From: Candidatus Nanohalarchaeota archaeon
Lineage (GTDB): Archaea; Nanohalarchaeota; Nanosalinia; Nanosalinales; JAFCCC01
Direction of reading: 5' to 3'
Assembly (NCBI GenBank): GCA_017610385.1
Contig: JAFCCC010000003.1
Location: 9,170 to 73,169 of the forward strand
Length of the DNA stretch: 64,000 nucleotides
The notes under the pieces were generated by a model. It was not told the origin of the DNA and did not search any database. It saw only the letters and a program-made list of their open reading frames with translations. Positions 42,064 to 51,296 of this stretch are shown here, piece by piece. Both the position numbers and the translations under genes were made by a program. Position 1 is the first letter of the stretch. Every line of letters starts with the position of its first letter.

Positions 42064-42500
42064 TTATTTTTTATAATAACTCTTGATAGCTTCCTTAATC
42101 GCATCTGGTCCACAGTTTACCCAAATTTTTTTAATAGCTTCATCAAAATCCATCCATTTATATCCTATATGCTCCTTTTCTCATAGTTTAACAGCTCCAG
42201 AAATGTAGTCACATGCATAAGCGACAGCGCGAATTTTTAAAAAACCATCTTTGACGGGTTTTCATCCCAATAAACTTTAAGAACTTTTCCAAGAATTTTT
42301 ACTTTTATTCCTACTTCCTCATCAACTTCTTTAAGTACCGCTTGCTCTTCTGTCTCTTCGAAATGCATGGCACCTTTAATAAACTCCCAACCTGTTTCCT
42401 AATCTTCTCCCCGTCGATCAAACATGAGAATTTTATTTTCTTTAAAAACAATAGCAGTTATAGCGTGTTGCATTCCGTCAATTATTTTGTTATTTTCCAT
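42064..42500 (-). pseudogene. NUDIX hydrolase pseudogene
   Basis: Manual translation MENNK..DRRGED*ETGWEFIKGAMHFEETEEQAVLKEVDEEVG.. (NUDIX box) with an in-frame TAG, one frameshift near 42260 and an in-frame TGA. Confidence 0.85.
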
Positions 42501-42519
42501 GATTAAATTTTGATTTCAA

Positions 42520-42681
42520 GAAATAAAAAAGAAAGAAAAGAGAAGCTCCCAATAATTTAGCTAATTAAAGCCAAATCATTGAGGAAAGTGAACTCGAAGG
42601 TATTGGGGGAAGGGTTAGATTGTGAGTTCACTAACGAAGCACCGATAACGGTTACGCTTCAGCACCTCCTTCAGCATGAAT
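42520..42681 (-). ncRNA. Structured 3' element/terminator of ftsZ (three hairpins plus U-tract)
   Basis: Stems 42636-42660, 42587-42632 and 42548-42583; the last is 15 bp with three G-U pairs possible only on the minus strand; followed by a pyrimidine tract. Confidence 0.6.
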
Positions 42682-43740
42682 TCAGCGAATGACTTTTAAG
42701 CCTAAATCGCTGATATTTGTGATTTTAGTAGGACTGTCCTCTAATTTTCCAAGTATGTACGGAGAATTAACTCCTGTGATAATTGATATTACTTGGATTC
42801 GTCCTTCTAATTCTGGATCAACTCTAGCGCCCCAGATAACTTGAGCTTGTGCATCTAGTTTTTCAATGACTGCTTGACCTACGTCATTGATTTCTCTTAA
42901 GGTCATGTCATTTCCTCCGGAAATATGTAGTAAAGCGCCATTTGCTCCTTCGATGTCCACATCTAATAACGGATTTGTCAACGCTTCAACAATCGCTTCT
43001 TTACCTCTGTTTCTCGTATTAGATTCACCATATCCTACAACTGCTACTCCACCAGAGTGCATAACTGCTTTTACATCAGCATAGTCTAAATTGACTAAGG
43101 ATGGTTTGGAAATAGTTTCTGTAATTCCTTTAATCATGGTTGTAACTAATTCATCCGCAACGCCAAAGGCTTGTTCTAATGGTAAATCTCCTGCAATACC
43201 TAACAAACGGTCATTTTCAATTACAATTACTGTGTCAGCGTATTTTCTTAATTTATAAAGACCTTCTTCTGCTTTTGATATTCTGGCGCCTTCAATTTTA
43301 AATGGCATCGTAACGCTAGCAATAACAATACAATTTTCTTCCTTAGCAATTCGTGCGACTACTGGAATCGAACCTGTACCGGTTCCACCACCCAAACCAC
43401 ATACTACAAAGACCATGTCAGCTTGTTTAAAAAGTTCCTTTAATTCTGAACGACTTTCTTCCGCGGCTTTAGCACCAATTTCAGGATGCCCTCCAGCACC
43501 CAAACCTTTAGTTAGGTCCTGTCCAATTAATATCCTTTTATCTGCACTTGAAATTAATAAATGTTGTTTATCTGTGTTTATTGCGACGGTTTCTGCGCCA
43601 GCAATTCCTTTTCGATACATTCTCGTAACGATGTTGTTACCGCCGCCTCCGCAGCCCACGACGAGAATTCTCGCATCTTTAACATCAGCAAAATCTTGCT
43701 CATGATTATTTTCTATGACATTTCGAATGAATGATTCCAT
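42682..43740 (-). CDS. ftsZ: Cell division protein FtsZ (probably FtsZ2 type)
   Basis: GCGGGGNN, INTDKQHL, GLGGGTGTG, NLDYAD. Confidence 0.97.
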   Translation of the reverse strand: MESFIRNVIENNHEQDFADVKDARILVVGCGGGGNNIVTRMYRKGIAGAETVAINTDKQHLLISSADKRILIGQDLTKGLGAGGHPEIGAKAAEESRSELKELFKQADMVFVVCGLGGGTGTGSIPVVARIAKEENCIVIASVTMPFKIEGARISKAEEGLYKLRKYADTVIVIENDRLLGIAGDLPLEQAFGVADELVTTMIKGITETISKPSLVNLDYADVKAVMHSGGVAVVGYGESNTRNRGKEAIVEALTNPLLDVDIEGANGALLHISGGNDMTLREINDVGQAVIEKLDAQAQVIWGARVDPELEGRIQVISIITGVNSPYILGKLEDSPTKITNISDLGLKVIR

Positions 43741-43810
43741 ATTATCTCCTCTGATTTATATTTTGTAGGAACATAATGCTTTTTTAATACTGAAAGCAAA
43801 TACATCTATA

Positions 43811-44010
43811 GAACTAGATTTAAGCGCCAACTTAAACTGGTTTCATTCGATATTACTTCGAATACTTGAGAATTCAAATACATACAATATGGATTTACTC
43901 GATAACAACTTACTCTTAGTTCGCCAAAACTAAGTTTTGTTTATAAAGTTGTTTTGTAGCGTATGTCGCCAAACATAAGTGACTACAAATGAGTTAATTT
44001 ACAATCCATA
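43811..44010 (-). ncRNA. Candidate structured RNA leader of ftsZ with three UUGGCG-loop hairpins
   Basis: CGCCAA (+ strand) at 43825, 43922 and 43967, each the loop of a different stem; enclosing helices 43888-43900/43991-44010. Confidence 0.65.
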
Positions 44011-44024
44011 ATTAGTTATTTCTG

Positions 44025-44042
44025 AATATATAAAGATTTTCA
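44025..44042 (-). promoter_or_regulatory. BRE/TATA promoter for the ftsZ leader
   Basis: Minus strand GAAAATCTTTATATATT matches other promoters in the window (e.g. GAAATCTTTTTATATA at ~25890). Confidence 0.6.
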
Positions 44043-44199
44043 TAACCTCTTTTTCTTATGGAGAAATTCTGCTCCAGTGGAAATGTGGGTTCTGTTCAAA
44101 AGAAATAAAGGTTATTCCATAGGAAATAATGTAGATCAAATTCTAAATATTAGTGACAATAAATTAACTTTTTTAATTGTGCGGGTTTAATTAGTTATT

Positions 44200-45480
44200 A
44201 TGAAAATTGCAGATATTGAAAAAATGAAAGAAGGCCAAAAAGTTGAGCTTAAGGGCTGGATATACAGACAAAGAGCTTCTAAAAATGTTGCCTTTATTGT
44301 TCTAAGAGATTCAACAGGAATAATTCAGATAGTTTATGGAAAAGAAGTTGGAAATAAGATTTTTGAAAAAGCATCCACAATTTTAATTGAAAGTTCTATT
44401 AAGATTAAAGGCATAATTAAAAAAGATGCACGTGCTCCTAGCGGATTTGAAATCGAGGGAACTGATTTTGAAATTATTAATAAAGCTGAACGATTTCCAA
44501 TTACAAAAGATCAAAGTACTGAATTTTTATTAAATATGAGGCATCTATGGATTAGATCCCAAAAATTAACTAATGTTTTTAAAATTAAAGATACTCTATT
44601 CTATGCTGCTCGAGACTACTTACGAAAAGATGGCTGGTATGAAACACAGAGTCCTATGATTACTGCTTGTGCAGGGGAGGGTGGTTCTACATTATTTAAA
44701 ATGGATTACTTTGGACACAAGGCATATTTAGCTCAAACAGGTCAATTATATTCTGAAGCACTCATTTTTGCTCTAGAAAAAGTTTACTGTTTTGCTCCCT
44801 CTTTCAGAGCTGAAAAATCTAAGACAAGAAAGCATTTAACTGAATATTGGCATTTAGAGCCAGAAGGTGCTTGGATAACTCATGAACAAAACATGAAAAT
44901 TCAAGAGGGATTAATTTCTTATATTTGTCAAACGGTTGCAAAAAAGTATCCGAAAGAACTTTTGGCATTGGGCCGGGATCCAAAAGACCTTTTATTAGTT
45001 AAACCGCCTTTTAAAAGAATTACGTATGAAGAAGCGATTAAACAATTGCAAAAACGTGGTAGCAAAATAAAATATGGTGAAGATTTTGGAGTCGCAGAAG
45101 AAAAATTATTAATGAAAGGAGAAAAAGCGCCCATGTTTGTTGAGCGATGGCCTGCTGAAATGAAGGCGTTTTATATGAAAAGAGACCCAAAAGACAAGAA
45201 AATTGTTCTTTGTGATGATTTATTTGCTCCAGAAGGATACGGAGAAATTATTGGAGCTAGCGAAAGAGAAACTGATAATTCTATTCTAATTAAAATGCTA
45301 AAGAAAGAAGGTGCAAATTTAGATGATTATAAATGGTATTTGGAACTAAGAAAATTTGGATCAGTTCCGCATTCTGGATTCGGCGTTGGAATGGAAAGAG
45401 TTCTTAGTTGGATCTGCAAATTAGATCATATTAGAGACGCGATTCCCTTTCCACGATTAACAAACAGATTTTATCCTTAG
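44200..45480 (+). CDS. asnS: Asparaginyl-tRNA synthetase
   Basis: OB domain, FRAEKSKTRKHLTEYW, GEIIGASERE, FGSVPHSGFG. Confidence 0.93.
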   Translation: MKIADIEKMKEGQKVELKGWIYRQRASKNVAFIVLRDSTGIIQIVYGKEVGNKIFEKASTILIESSIKIKGIIKKDARAPSGFEIEGTDFEIINKAERFPITKDQSTEFLLNMRHLWIRSQKLTNVFKIKDTLFYAARDYLRKDGWYETQSPMITACAGEGGSTLFKMDYFGHKAYLAQTGQLYSEALIFALEKVYCFAPSFRAEKSKTRKHLTEYWHLEPEGAWITHEQNMKIQEGLISYICQTVAKKYPKELLALGRDPKDLLLVKPPFKRITYEEAIKQLQKRGSKIKYGEDFGVAEEKLLMKGEKAPMFVERWPAEMKAFYMKRDPKDKKIVLCDDLFAPEGYGEIIGASERETDNSILIKMLKKEGANLDDYKWYLELRKFGSVPHSGFGVGMERVLSWICKLDHIRDAIPFPRLTNRFYP

Positions 45481-45514
45481 AACTATTTATATATTGTAAA
45501 GAGAAATTTATAGC

Positions 45515-46060
45515 ATGTACAATCCAAAAGAGAAAATTCTGTCATTGGCTATTGCATTTATTTTAGTTTTCTTTTTTATTTACGGAATAGATGTTTTTTA
45601 TAGTGCACCAAGCCGAGAAGATTATTGTACTGATAAAATTTATGAACGAATCATAATAAATCAAACAGATTGTGTTCTAATGGGTGGTAAATGGAATACT
45701 TATGGCGGGCTTGCCAAACCCCTCCCAATTGAAAACGAAACAAATGGTTGGTGTATTCCTAGTTATAAGTGTGATCAAAATTATAACTTGGCTAGAACGG
45801 CTTATTACAGAGTTTTTTTTATTGTAATGATTTTTCTTGGAACTCTTTGTCTTGTAGTGGGTGCAATAATGAAAATAGAAAGTATTGGTGTTGGTATAAT
45901 GATAAGTGGTTTAATCACAACTATTTATGGTTTTATACGCTCTTGGAAGTTTTTATCTGATTCTGGTAAAGTTATAGCTCTTATACCCCTTATGCTGCTA
46001 TCCTTAGTGGCCTTATTCTGGATCGGAACAAAAAAACTAAACCCAAAGAAGAAAAAGTAG
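45515..46060 (+). CDS. Membrane protein with a Cys-rich extracellular loop
   Basis: 4 TM segments; loop with C..C...GGKW..C...C. Confidence 0.7.
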   Translation: MYNPKEKILSLAIAFILVFFFIYGIDVFYSAPSREDYCTDKIYERIIINQTDCVLMGGKWNTYGGLAKPLPIENETNGWCIPSYKCDQNYNLARTAYYRVFFIVMIFLGTLCLVVGAIMKIESIGVGIMISGLITTIYGFIRSWKFLSDSGKVIALIPLMLLSLVALFWIGTKKLNPKKKK

Positions 46061-46093
46061 CACAAGAATCTATTCGTTTGCTAAAACGAACAG

Positions 46094-47380
46094 TTACTTT
46101 TTAGAAAAATAGTCAGCTAATTTCTTTGTTTCAATAGTCTTTTCTTTTCCAGTCCCCAAATCTTTTACTTTTACTTTTTTGTCTTGAATTTCTTTTTCAC
46201 CTAAAACAATTAAGTACTTAAAATCTTTAGAAACAGCGTATTTAATTTGCTTGCTTAAACTTCTTTTAATCAAAGCCATTGCTGATTTTATATTTGAATT
46301 TCTTAATTTTTGAACAAGTGCAATTCCACTTTCTTCTAATTCATTATTTTGAAGGGCTATGAAAACACCTTCATTTTTCAATTTAATTTTTTCCTTTAAT
46401 ATTTCACACAATCTATCAACGCCAAAAGAAAAACCTACTGCATGAGTTTTCAATGAACCATATGTTTCTATTAAATTATCATATCTTCCTCCTCCTGCAC
46501 AAGAAAGTTCTAATCCCTCTCCTAAAATTTTTAGTTCCATGATAAATCCTGTATAGTAATTCATTCCCCGAATTAAACTCAAATCTATTTTAATTTTATC
46601 TTGTATGCCATAGGCTTTTGATAACTTTATAATTCTTTCAACTTCCCAGATTCCTTCGATTCCAATTTCATTCTTAATTCTTTCTTTTAAAGCTGAAATA
46701 ATAGTTTCATTTTGCCCTATGATTTTAATAAACTCTAAAATCTGTTTGATTTTTTTTAGAGGGATTTTTTTGCTTATTAATTCTTTTTCAACGCCAGATT
46801 TACCTATTTTTTCTAATTTGTCTAATGAACGGAAGATATCTTCTTTTCTATCTTCTAATTCTAATTCAGTAATAATCCCATCAGCGATTTTTCTAGAATT
46901 AATTTTAATTACGTATTTATTCACTCCTAATTCTTTCATACAATCACATAAAACACCTATTAATTCTGTATCTGCGCTCTGATCAGAAACTCCTAATATA
47001 TCAACATCTGCTTGTGTAAATTCTCTATAACGGCCTTTTCCAGGTCTATCGTATCGCCATACTTGTCCTATTTGAAATCTTTTATATGGTTTTGGAAGCG
47101 TGGGATTGCAAGCAAACATTCTTGCTAAAGGGACAGTAAAATCAAATCGCAAGCCTAGTTCTCTTTTACTTTTATCTTGAAAATAGTAAATTTCGTCTTT
47201 AATCGCGGTTCCTCCGCCACCTTTCATAGCTAAAACATCGAAATTTTCAAAAGCAGGAGTTCTAGCTTCCTCGAAACCATATTTTTCAAAACTTTTCCTA
47301 ATTTTGCTTAAAACCAAAGTCATCAGTTTCATATCTTTTCCTAATAAATCTCTTGTTCCTCGCGGTGTTTGTACTTTCAT
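46094..47380 (-). CDS. hisS: Histidyl-tRNA synthetase
   Basis: PRGTRD, LRFDFTVP, GRYREFTQ, RGMNYYTG, GGGRYD. Confidence 0.97.
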   Translation of the reverse strand: MKVQTPRGTRDLLGKDMKLMTLVLSKIRKSFEKYGFEEARTPAFENFDVLAMKGGGGTAIKDEIYYFQDKSKRELGLRFDFTVPLARMFACNPTLPKPYKRFQIGQVWRYDRPGKGRYREFTQADVDILGVSDQSADTELIGVLCDCMKELGVNKYVIKINSRKIADGIITELELEDRKEDIFRSLDKLEKIGKSGVEKELISKKIPLKKIKQILEFIKIIGQNETIISALKERIKNEIGIEGIWEVERIIKLSKAYGIQDKIKIDLSLIRGMNYYTGFIMELKILGEGLELSCAGGGRYDNLIETYGSLKTHAVGFSFGVDRLCEILKEKIKLKNEGVFIALQNNELEESGIALVQKLRNSNIKSAMALIKRSLSKQIKYAVSKDFKYLIVLGEKEIQDKKVKVKDLGTGKEKTIETKKLADYFSKK

Positions 47381-47592
47381 TTTCGCTCCTTCTTACTATT
47401 TGAAATATTATTCTTGTTAGTTAAATAAATGTTCTGTGGTTCAATTAAAACAAAAACTTCACTATTTTCTTTGAGTTTTAGTTTTTTGCGAATAGAACCT
47501 GGAATCAAAAGCCGTCCTTTGCGATCCATCTTAGAACTAAAGCTAACTGAGATGAACTGAATCATCTGTGTATCTTTTGATGATGAACGCAA
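47377..47592 (-). CDS. AbrB/MraZ/SpoVT-type DNA-binding protein
   Basis: KMDRKGRLLIPGSIRKKL; ATGA overlap with hisS; exact start uncertain. Confidence 0.75.
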   Translation of the reverse strand: MRSSSKDTQMIQFISVSFSSKMDRKGRLLIPGSIRKKLKLKENSEVFVLIEPQNIYLTNKNNISNSKKERK

Positions 47593-47715
47593 CCACTTTT
47601 CATTTTGATCAACTTAGAAATAACAAACGAGATATTTAAAGATAGGTGGGATTTAGCATTACAGAAGCTTTACAAAGTCCTTAGGTTTATAAGGGTTTAA
47701 TTCAAACTAGTTTTT

Positions 47716-48129
47716 ATGGCTGTTGCTGAATTCAAAACAGAACAAGAATTCCGAAGACATTTATCTGCAACAGAGTATGGAAAAAGAATTCTAGATATTT
47801 TTGATAAGTATGCAGAAGGACACGAAACAAAATACAATACAGACAACTTGGGCGATTTAGTTGTTCTAGAGGGAGATGATTCTTCATTATCCCTTTCTCT
47901 GATGGATGAAGGAAAAAGAGCACAAATTTTATTTGATCTTTATGGTTGTTTAGCAGAACCACATTTTAAATTGTGGGTTAACTTAGAAACTGGGCATGCA
48001 CGTTACGGTGTAGGCAGAGAAGTTGACCCCGAACTAGACTATGTAACCGGTTTTTTAGACCGTGTTACTCGACTTGGCGGATTAAAAGCTGAGCTTTTAG
48101 GATTTGCTTCTGATGAAGACGTATTTTAG
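47716..48129 (+). CDS. Hypothetical protein, tandem paralog 1
   Basis: Shares KTEQ.FR..L.AT.YG..I.D.FDKYAEG and ELLGFASDED with the ORF at 48266. Confidence 0.8.
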   Translation: MAVAEFKTEQEFRRHLSATEYGKRILDIFDKYAEGHETKYNTDNLGDLVVLEGDDSSLSLSLMDEGKRAQILFDLYGCLAEPHFKLWVNLETGHARYGVGREVDPELDYVTGFLDRVTRLGGLKAELLGFASDEDVF

Positions 48130-48265
48130 TCTATTCATAATGCAATACAGCTTCCTGATTTGTTAGTTTTTATAACAACACACTCTGTAAGCTTTTTTAC
48201 TTTCTTGCATTACAGAAGCTTTACAAAGTCTTTAGGTTTATAACGTTTTAATCTAATTTATTTTT

Positions 48266-48670
48266 ATGGCTGACGAGCTAATACAACCTAAAACAGAACA
48301 AGACTTTCGAGAACAATTGGCTGCAACACCGTATGGAGAAAAAATTATAGATTTTTTTGATAAGTATGCAGAAGGTTATGAAACACGATGGTCTGACGAT
48401 GAGATTCTATTTGCTCTAGAAAACAATAGAGAGTCATTATCAATGTACTTAATGGGTGATGAGAAACAAGTTCTGCTTTCGTTTTATCTTTTTACGCCTT
48501 TAGCCGGTCCGGAGTTAACTATTCAGCTTGATTTAAATACTGGACATACTCTCTATGGTGTAGACGGAAAATTTCCTTCAGATCCAACGCGTTTTTTAGA
48601 TCACGTTGAAAAAATAGCGGAATTAAAAGATGAGCTTTTAGGATTTGCTTCTGATGAAGACATACTTTAA
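48266..48670 (+). CDS. Hypothetical protein, tandem paralog 2
   Basis: Same shared motifs; upstream 37-bp block duplicated (47656-47692 / 48207-48243). Confidence 0.8.
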   Translation: MADELIQPKTEQDFREQLAATPYGEKIIDFFDKYAEGYETRWSDDEILFALENNRESLSMYLMGDEKQVLLSFYLFTPLAGPELTIQLDLNTGHTLYGVDGKFPSDPTRFLDHVEKIAELKDELLGFASDEDIL

Positions 48671-48671
48671 C

Positions 48672-49175
48672 TTACTCAAAATGTAAAACAGCCTCTTGAT
48701 TTGTTAGTTTTTTTACAACGGTTCTGAAAGAAACCTCATTAAACGGAATCCGGCCTTTATCTTTTTGAGAAATCATAATCTTTTTCTTTTCACCGTCTTT
48801 AGAAAATAATGTATTGACGCCCAGAAGTTTTACTGGGAAAACGAGGCTTTTTACGATCTCTTCAAACTTAGGAGATTTTTCTATAATTCTAATTGATTTT
48901 CCTGTTTTTTTAGCTAAAAGTTTGACGATTTTTCCGTTTTTACCAACTACCTTTGCCCCATCACCCTCTTCTGTTAGGATTACAATAGAATCTGAAGTTG
49001 GGATGATTTCGTGAATAGTCGCGCTTTTAAGTGAAGGAATTTCTTCACCGAGCCTAAATAATGTTCTTGAAACGTCAATTATGCTTTCTGTGAGTTCTCC
49101 TTTTAACAATTTTTGACTGCAACCACTACACAAAAAATCAGATTTTAAACAAACAGAACAAAGCGGTGTTTTCAT
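48672..49175 (-). CDS. Archaeal NusA-like KH-domain protein with N-terminal Cys cluster
   Basis: MKTPLCSVCLKS..LCSGC, VVGKNGKIVK KH loop. Confidence 0.8.
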   Translation of the reverse strand: MKTPLCSVCLKSDFLCSGCSQKLLKGELTESIIDVSRTLFRLGEEIPSLKSATIHEIIPTSDSIVILTEEGDGAKVVGKNGKIVKLLAKKTGKSIRIIEKSPKFEEIVKSLVFPVKLLGVNTLFSKDGEKKKIMISQKDKGRIPFNEVSFRTVVKKLTNQEAVLHFE

Positions 49176-49237
49176 AATTCTAATTTCGAAACTAAAACAT
49201 AAATAAATGTTCAATTATGTTTATATTGGAGGAAAAG

Positions 49238-50419
49238 ATGAAAGTAGGAATCATCGGAAAACCCAGTGCAGGAAAATCAACATTATTCAAAGCAATAACT
49301 CAAAAAGATGTAGAAATTGCAAATTATCCATTCACGACCATCCAACCAAATCTGGGCGTTGCATTTGTTACTCAGGAATGTCCCTGTAAAGAATTAAATG
49401 TAATTTGTTCTCCCCAAAATTCTAAGTGCTTAAACCACATCAGATTAATTCCCATCAATGTTTTAGATGTTGCGGGGTTAGTTCCAGGCGCTTCAGAAGG
49501 CAAGGGTTTAGGAAATCAATTTTTAGACACTCTCCGAGAGGCTTCTGTATTAATTCACGTTCTAGATCTAAGTGGAAAAACAGATGAAAAAGGAGAGCAA
49601 ACAGAAAACCATGATCCTGCTATAGATAAAGAATTTGTTGAACAAGAAATTGACGCATGGTTTTTAAACATTTTTCAAAAGAACTGGAGTGAATATTCAA
49701 AAAAAATTCACATGCAACACTTAAAATTAGATGAATTTCTTGCGGAAAAAATGTCTGGATTAGGAATAACAAAAGAGTTAGTTCAAAATGCACTAAGAAA
49801 TTTAAAATTAGATTCAGATCCGCTAACATGGACTAAAGAAGACTTTCCAAAATTTATTTTACACATGAGAAAAGAATCAAAACCTATGATTTATGCATGT
49901 AATAAAATGGATTTAGACGGAGCAAATGAACGATTTGAAGACTTAAAGAAAAAATACCCAAATGATTTGTTTATCCCAACAAGCGCAGAATGTGAATTGG
50001 CATTAAAGAATGCTGCAGATCACGGGTTTATTTCTTATATCCCCGGAGCAGACACTTTTGAAATTACTCACGAGTTGAATGAAAAGCAAAAACACGCATT
50101 AGGAATAATCAATGATAAAATTTTGAAAAAATATGGGAGTACCGGAATACAAGAGGCATTAAACAGAGCGGTTTTTGATTTATTAGATTATATTGTAGTT
50201 TATCCTGTAGAAGATGAAACTCATTACAAAAGCAAAAAAGGCAATATCCTTCCAGACGCAATTTTATTAAAAAACAAATCAACCGCCTTAGATTTAGCTT
50301 TCAAAATTCATACAGAAATCGGAGAGAAGTTCGTGAAAGCCATTGATGTTAGAACACATAGAATTATTGCAAAAGATCATGTTCTAAAGAACAGAGATAT
50401 AATTAAAATTGTTGTCTAA
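49238..50419 (+). CDS. ychF: YchF-family OBG NTPase with TGS domain
   Basis: GKPSAGKST, YPFTT, DVAGL, GLGNQFL, NKMD. Confidence 0.92.
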   Translation: MKVGIIGKPSAGKSTLFKAITQKDVEIANYPFTTIQPNLGVAFVTQECPCKELNVICSPQNSKCLNHIRLIPINVLDVAGLVPGASEGKGLGNQFLDTLREASVLIHVLDLSGKTDEKGEQTENHDPAIDKEFVEQEIDAWFLNIFQKNWSEYSKKIHMQHLKLDEFLAEKMSGLGITKELVQNALRNLKLDSDPLTWTKEDFPKFILHMRKESKPMIYACNKMDLDGANERFEDLKKKYPNDLFIPTSAECELALKNAADHGFISYIPGADTFEITHELNEKQKHALGIINDKILKKYGSTGIQEALNRAVFDLLDYIVVYPVEDETHYKSKKGNILPDAILLKNKSTALDLAFKIHTEIGEKFVKAIDVRTHRIIAKDHVLKNRDIIKIVV

Positions 50420-50970
50420 ATATCAAAGTGCCTTGTGCTACTGAGAAATGCATTTATGTCAAATTCCTCAAGATTTTCATTTCCAAACACCCATTCGATA
50501 GGCCATTTAGCCATATTTACAATTGAAAATAATAATGGTCTGCTCCTATGTTTTCGATATCTCTCACCAATACTTCTAGCAAGTTCAAATACTGTTGGAT
50601 ATTCTGGAGCAGTATATCCTGTGTCCGAGTATTGGCTTTTACCTACTGAGCCCCACCCCTCTTCAGTTCTAAATATTGCATTAACGTGACCTGGACCCCA
50701 AAGTACAAGATTTATTAATAATGGTGGATAACCTAATTTAGAAAGAAAATACGCACCAACCAATGCTCCATCCACACACAATGCGTTACCTTCTTTTAAT
50801 GTTCTTTCAACACTATTTACATAATAATTCCTATCTATTTTACAATAGCGATATTCTAATGTATCTAATACTGATTGTATTTCTTCAGGCGTGCTTAGTT
50901 TTAAATCAGGTATCATACTCATCACAGAATATGCTTTAAGATTCTCTTTGAAGCGTGAACTTACCTTCAA
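50416..50970 (-). CDS. Transglutaminase-like (Cys-His) hypothetical protein
   Basis: ALCVDGAL..GHVNAIF..GWGSVGKS pattern. Confidence 0.55.
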   Translation of the reverse strand: MKVSSRFKENLKAYSVMSMIPDLKLSTPEEIQSVLDTLEYRYCKIDRNYYVNSVERTLKEGNALCVDGALVGAYFLSKLGYPPLLINLVLWGPGHVNAIFRTEEGWGSVGKSQYSDTGYTAPEYPTVFELARSIGERYRKHRSRPLLFSIVNMAKWPIEWVFGNENLEEFDINAFLSSTRHFDI

Positions 50971-50999
50971 GAAAATCTGTTCAGGTTTTTGTAGCTTCT

Positions 51000-51296
51000 T
51001 TATTCTTCCAAGTGAGCTGCGATTATTCGTGCCACATCTTCTTTATTTTCTTCTAAATAGGCCTTTACAGCTTCTCCAACTTCTTTTTTAAAAACCGATT
51101 CCATTGCGGCATCCAAGAAATGTTCTCTTTTTTTATACTGTTCTCACGCACTGTCATTACATTCTCGCATACTCTGGTATGGAGATCCAGAACTTACTAG
51201 GCTATTTACGTACGTTTCTCTTAACCATATTGAGAGGTGTATAAGTTCTGTATAACTGCGCTCTTCAAGATTCTCTGGTAAAGTACCAACTGGCAT
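51000..51296 (-). pseudogene. Probable disrupted small gene
   Basis: MPVGTLPENLEE..SA*EQYKK.. then a frameshift into KEVGEAVKAYLEENKEDVARIIAAHLEE*. Confidence 0.4.

Noticed and set aside
42064-42500. Possible stop-codon reassignment (in-frame TAG and TGA)
   Set aside because: The same gene also has a frameshift, and TAG and TGA end many intact genes in the window.
42581-42595. GAGGAAAGT resembling the RNase P RNA 5' conserved motif
   Set aside because: It continues GAACTC rather than CC, has no matching 3' P4 strand, and the G-U pairs favour the opposite strand.
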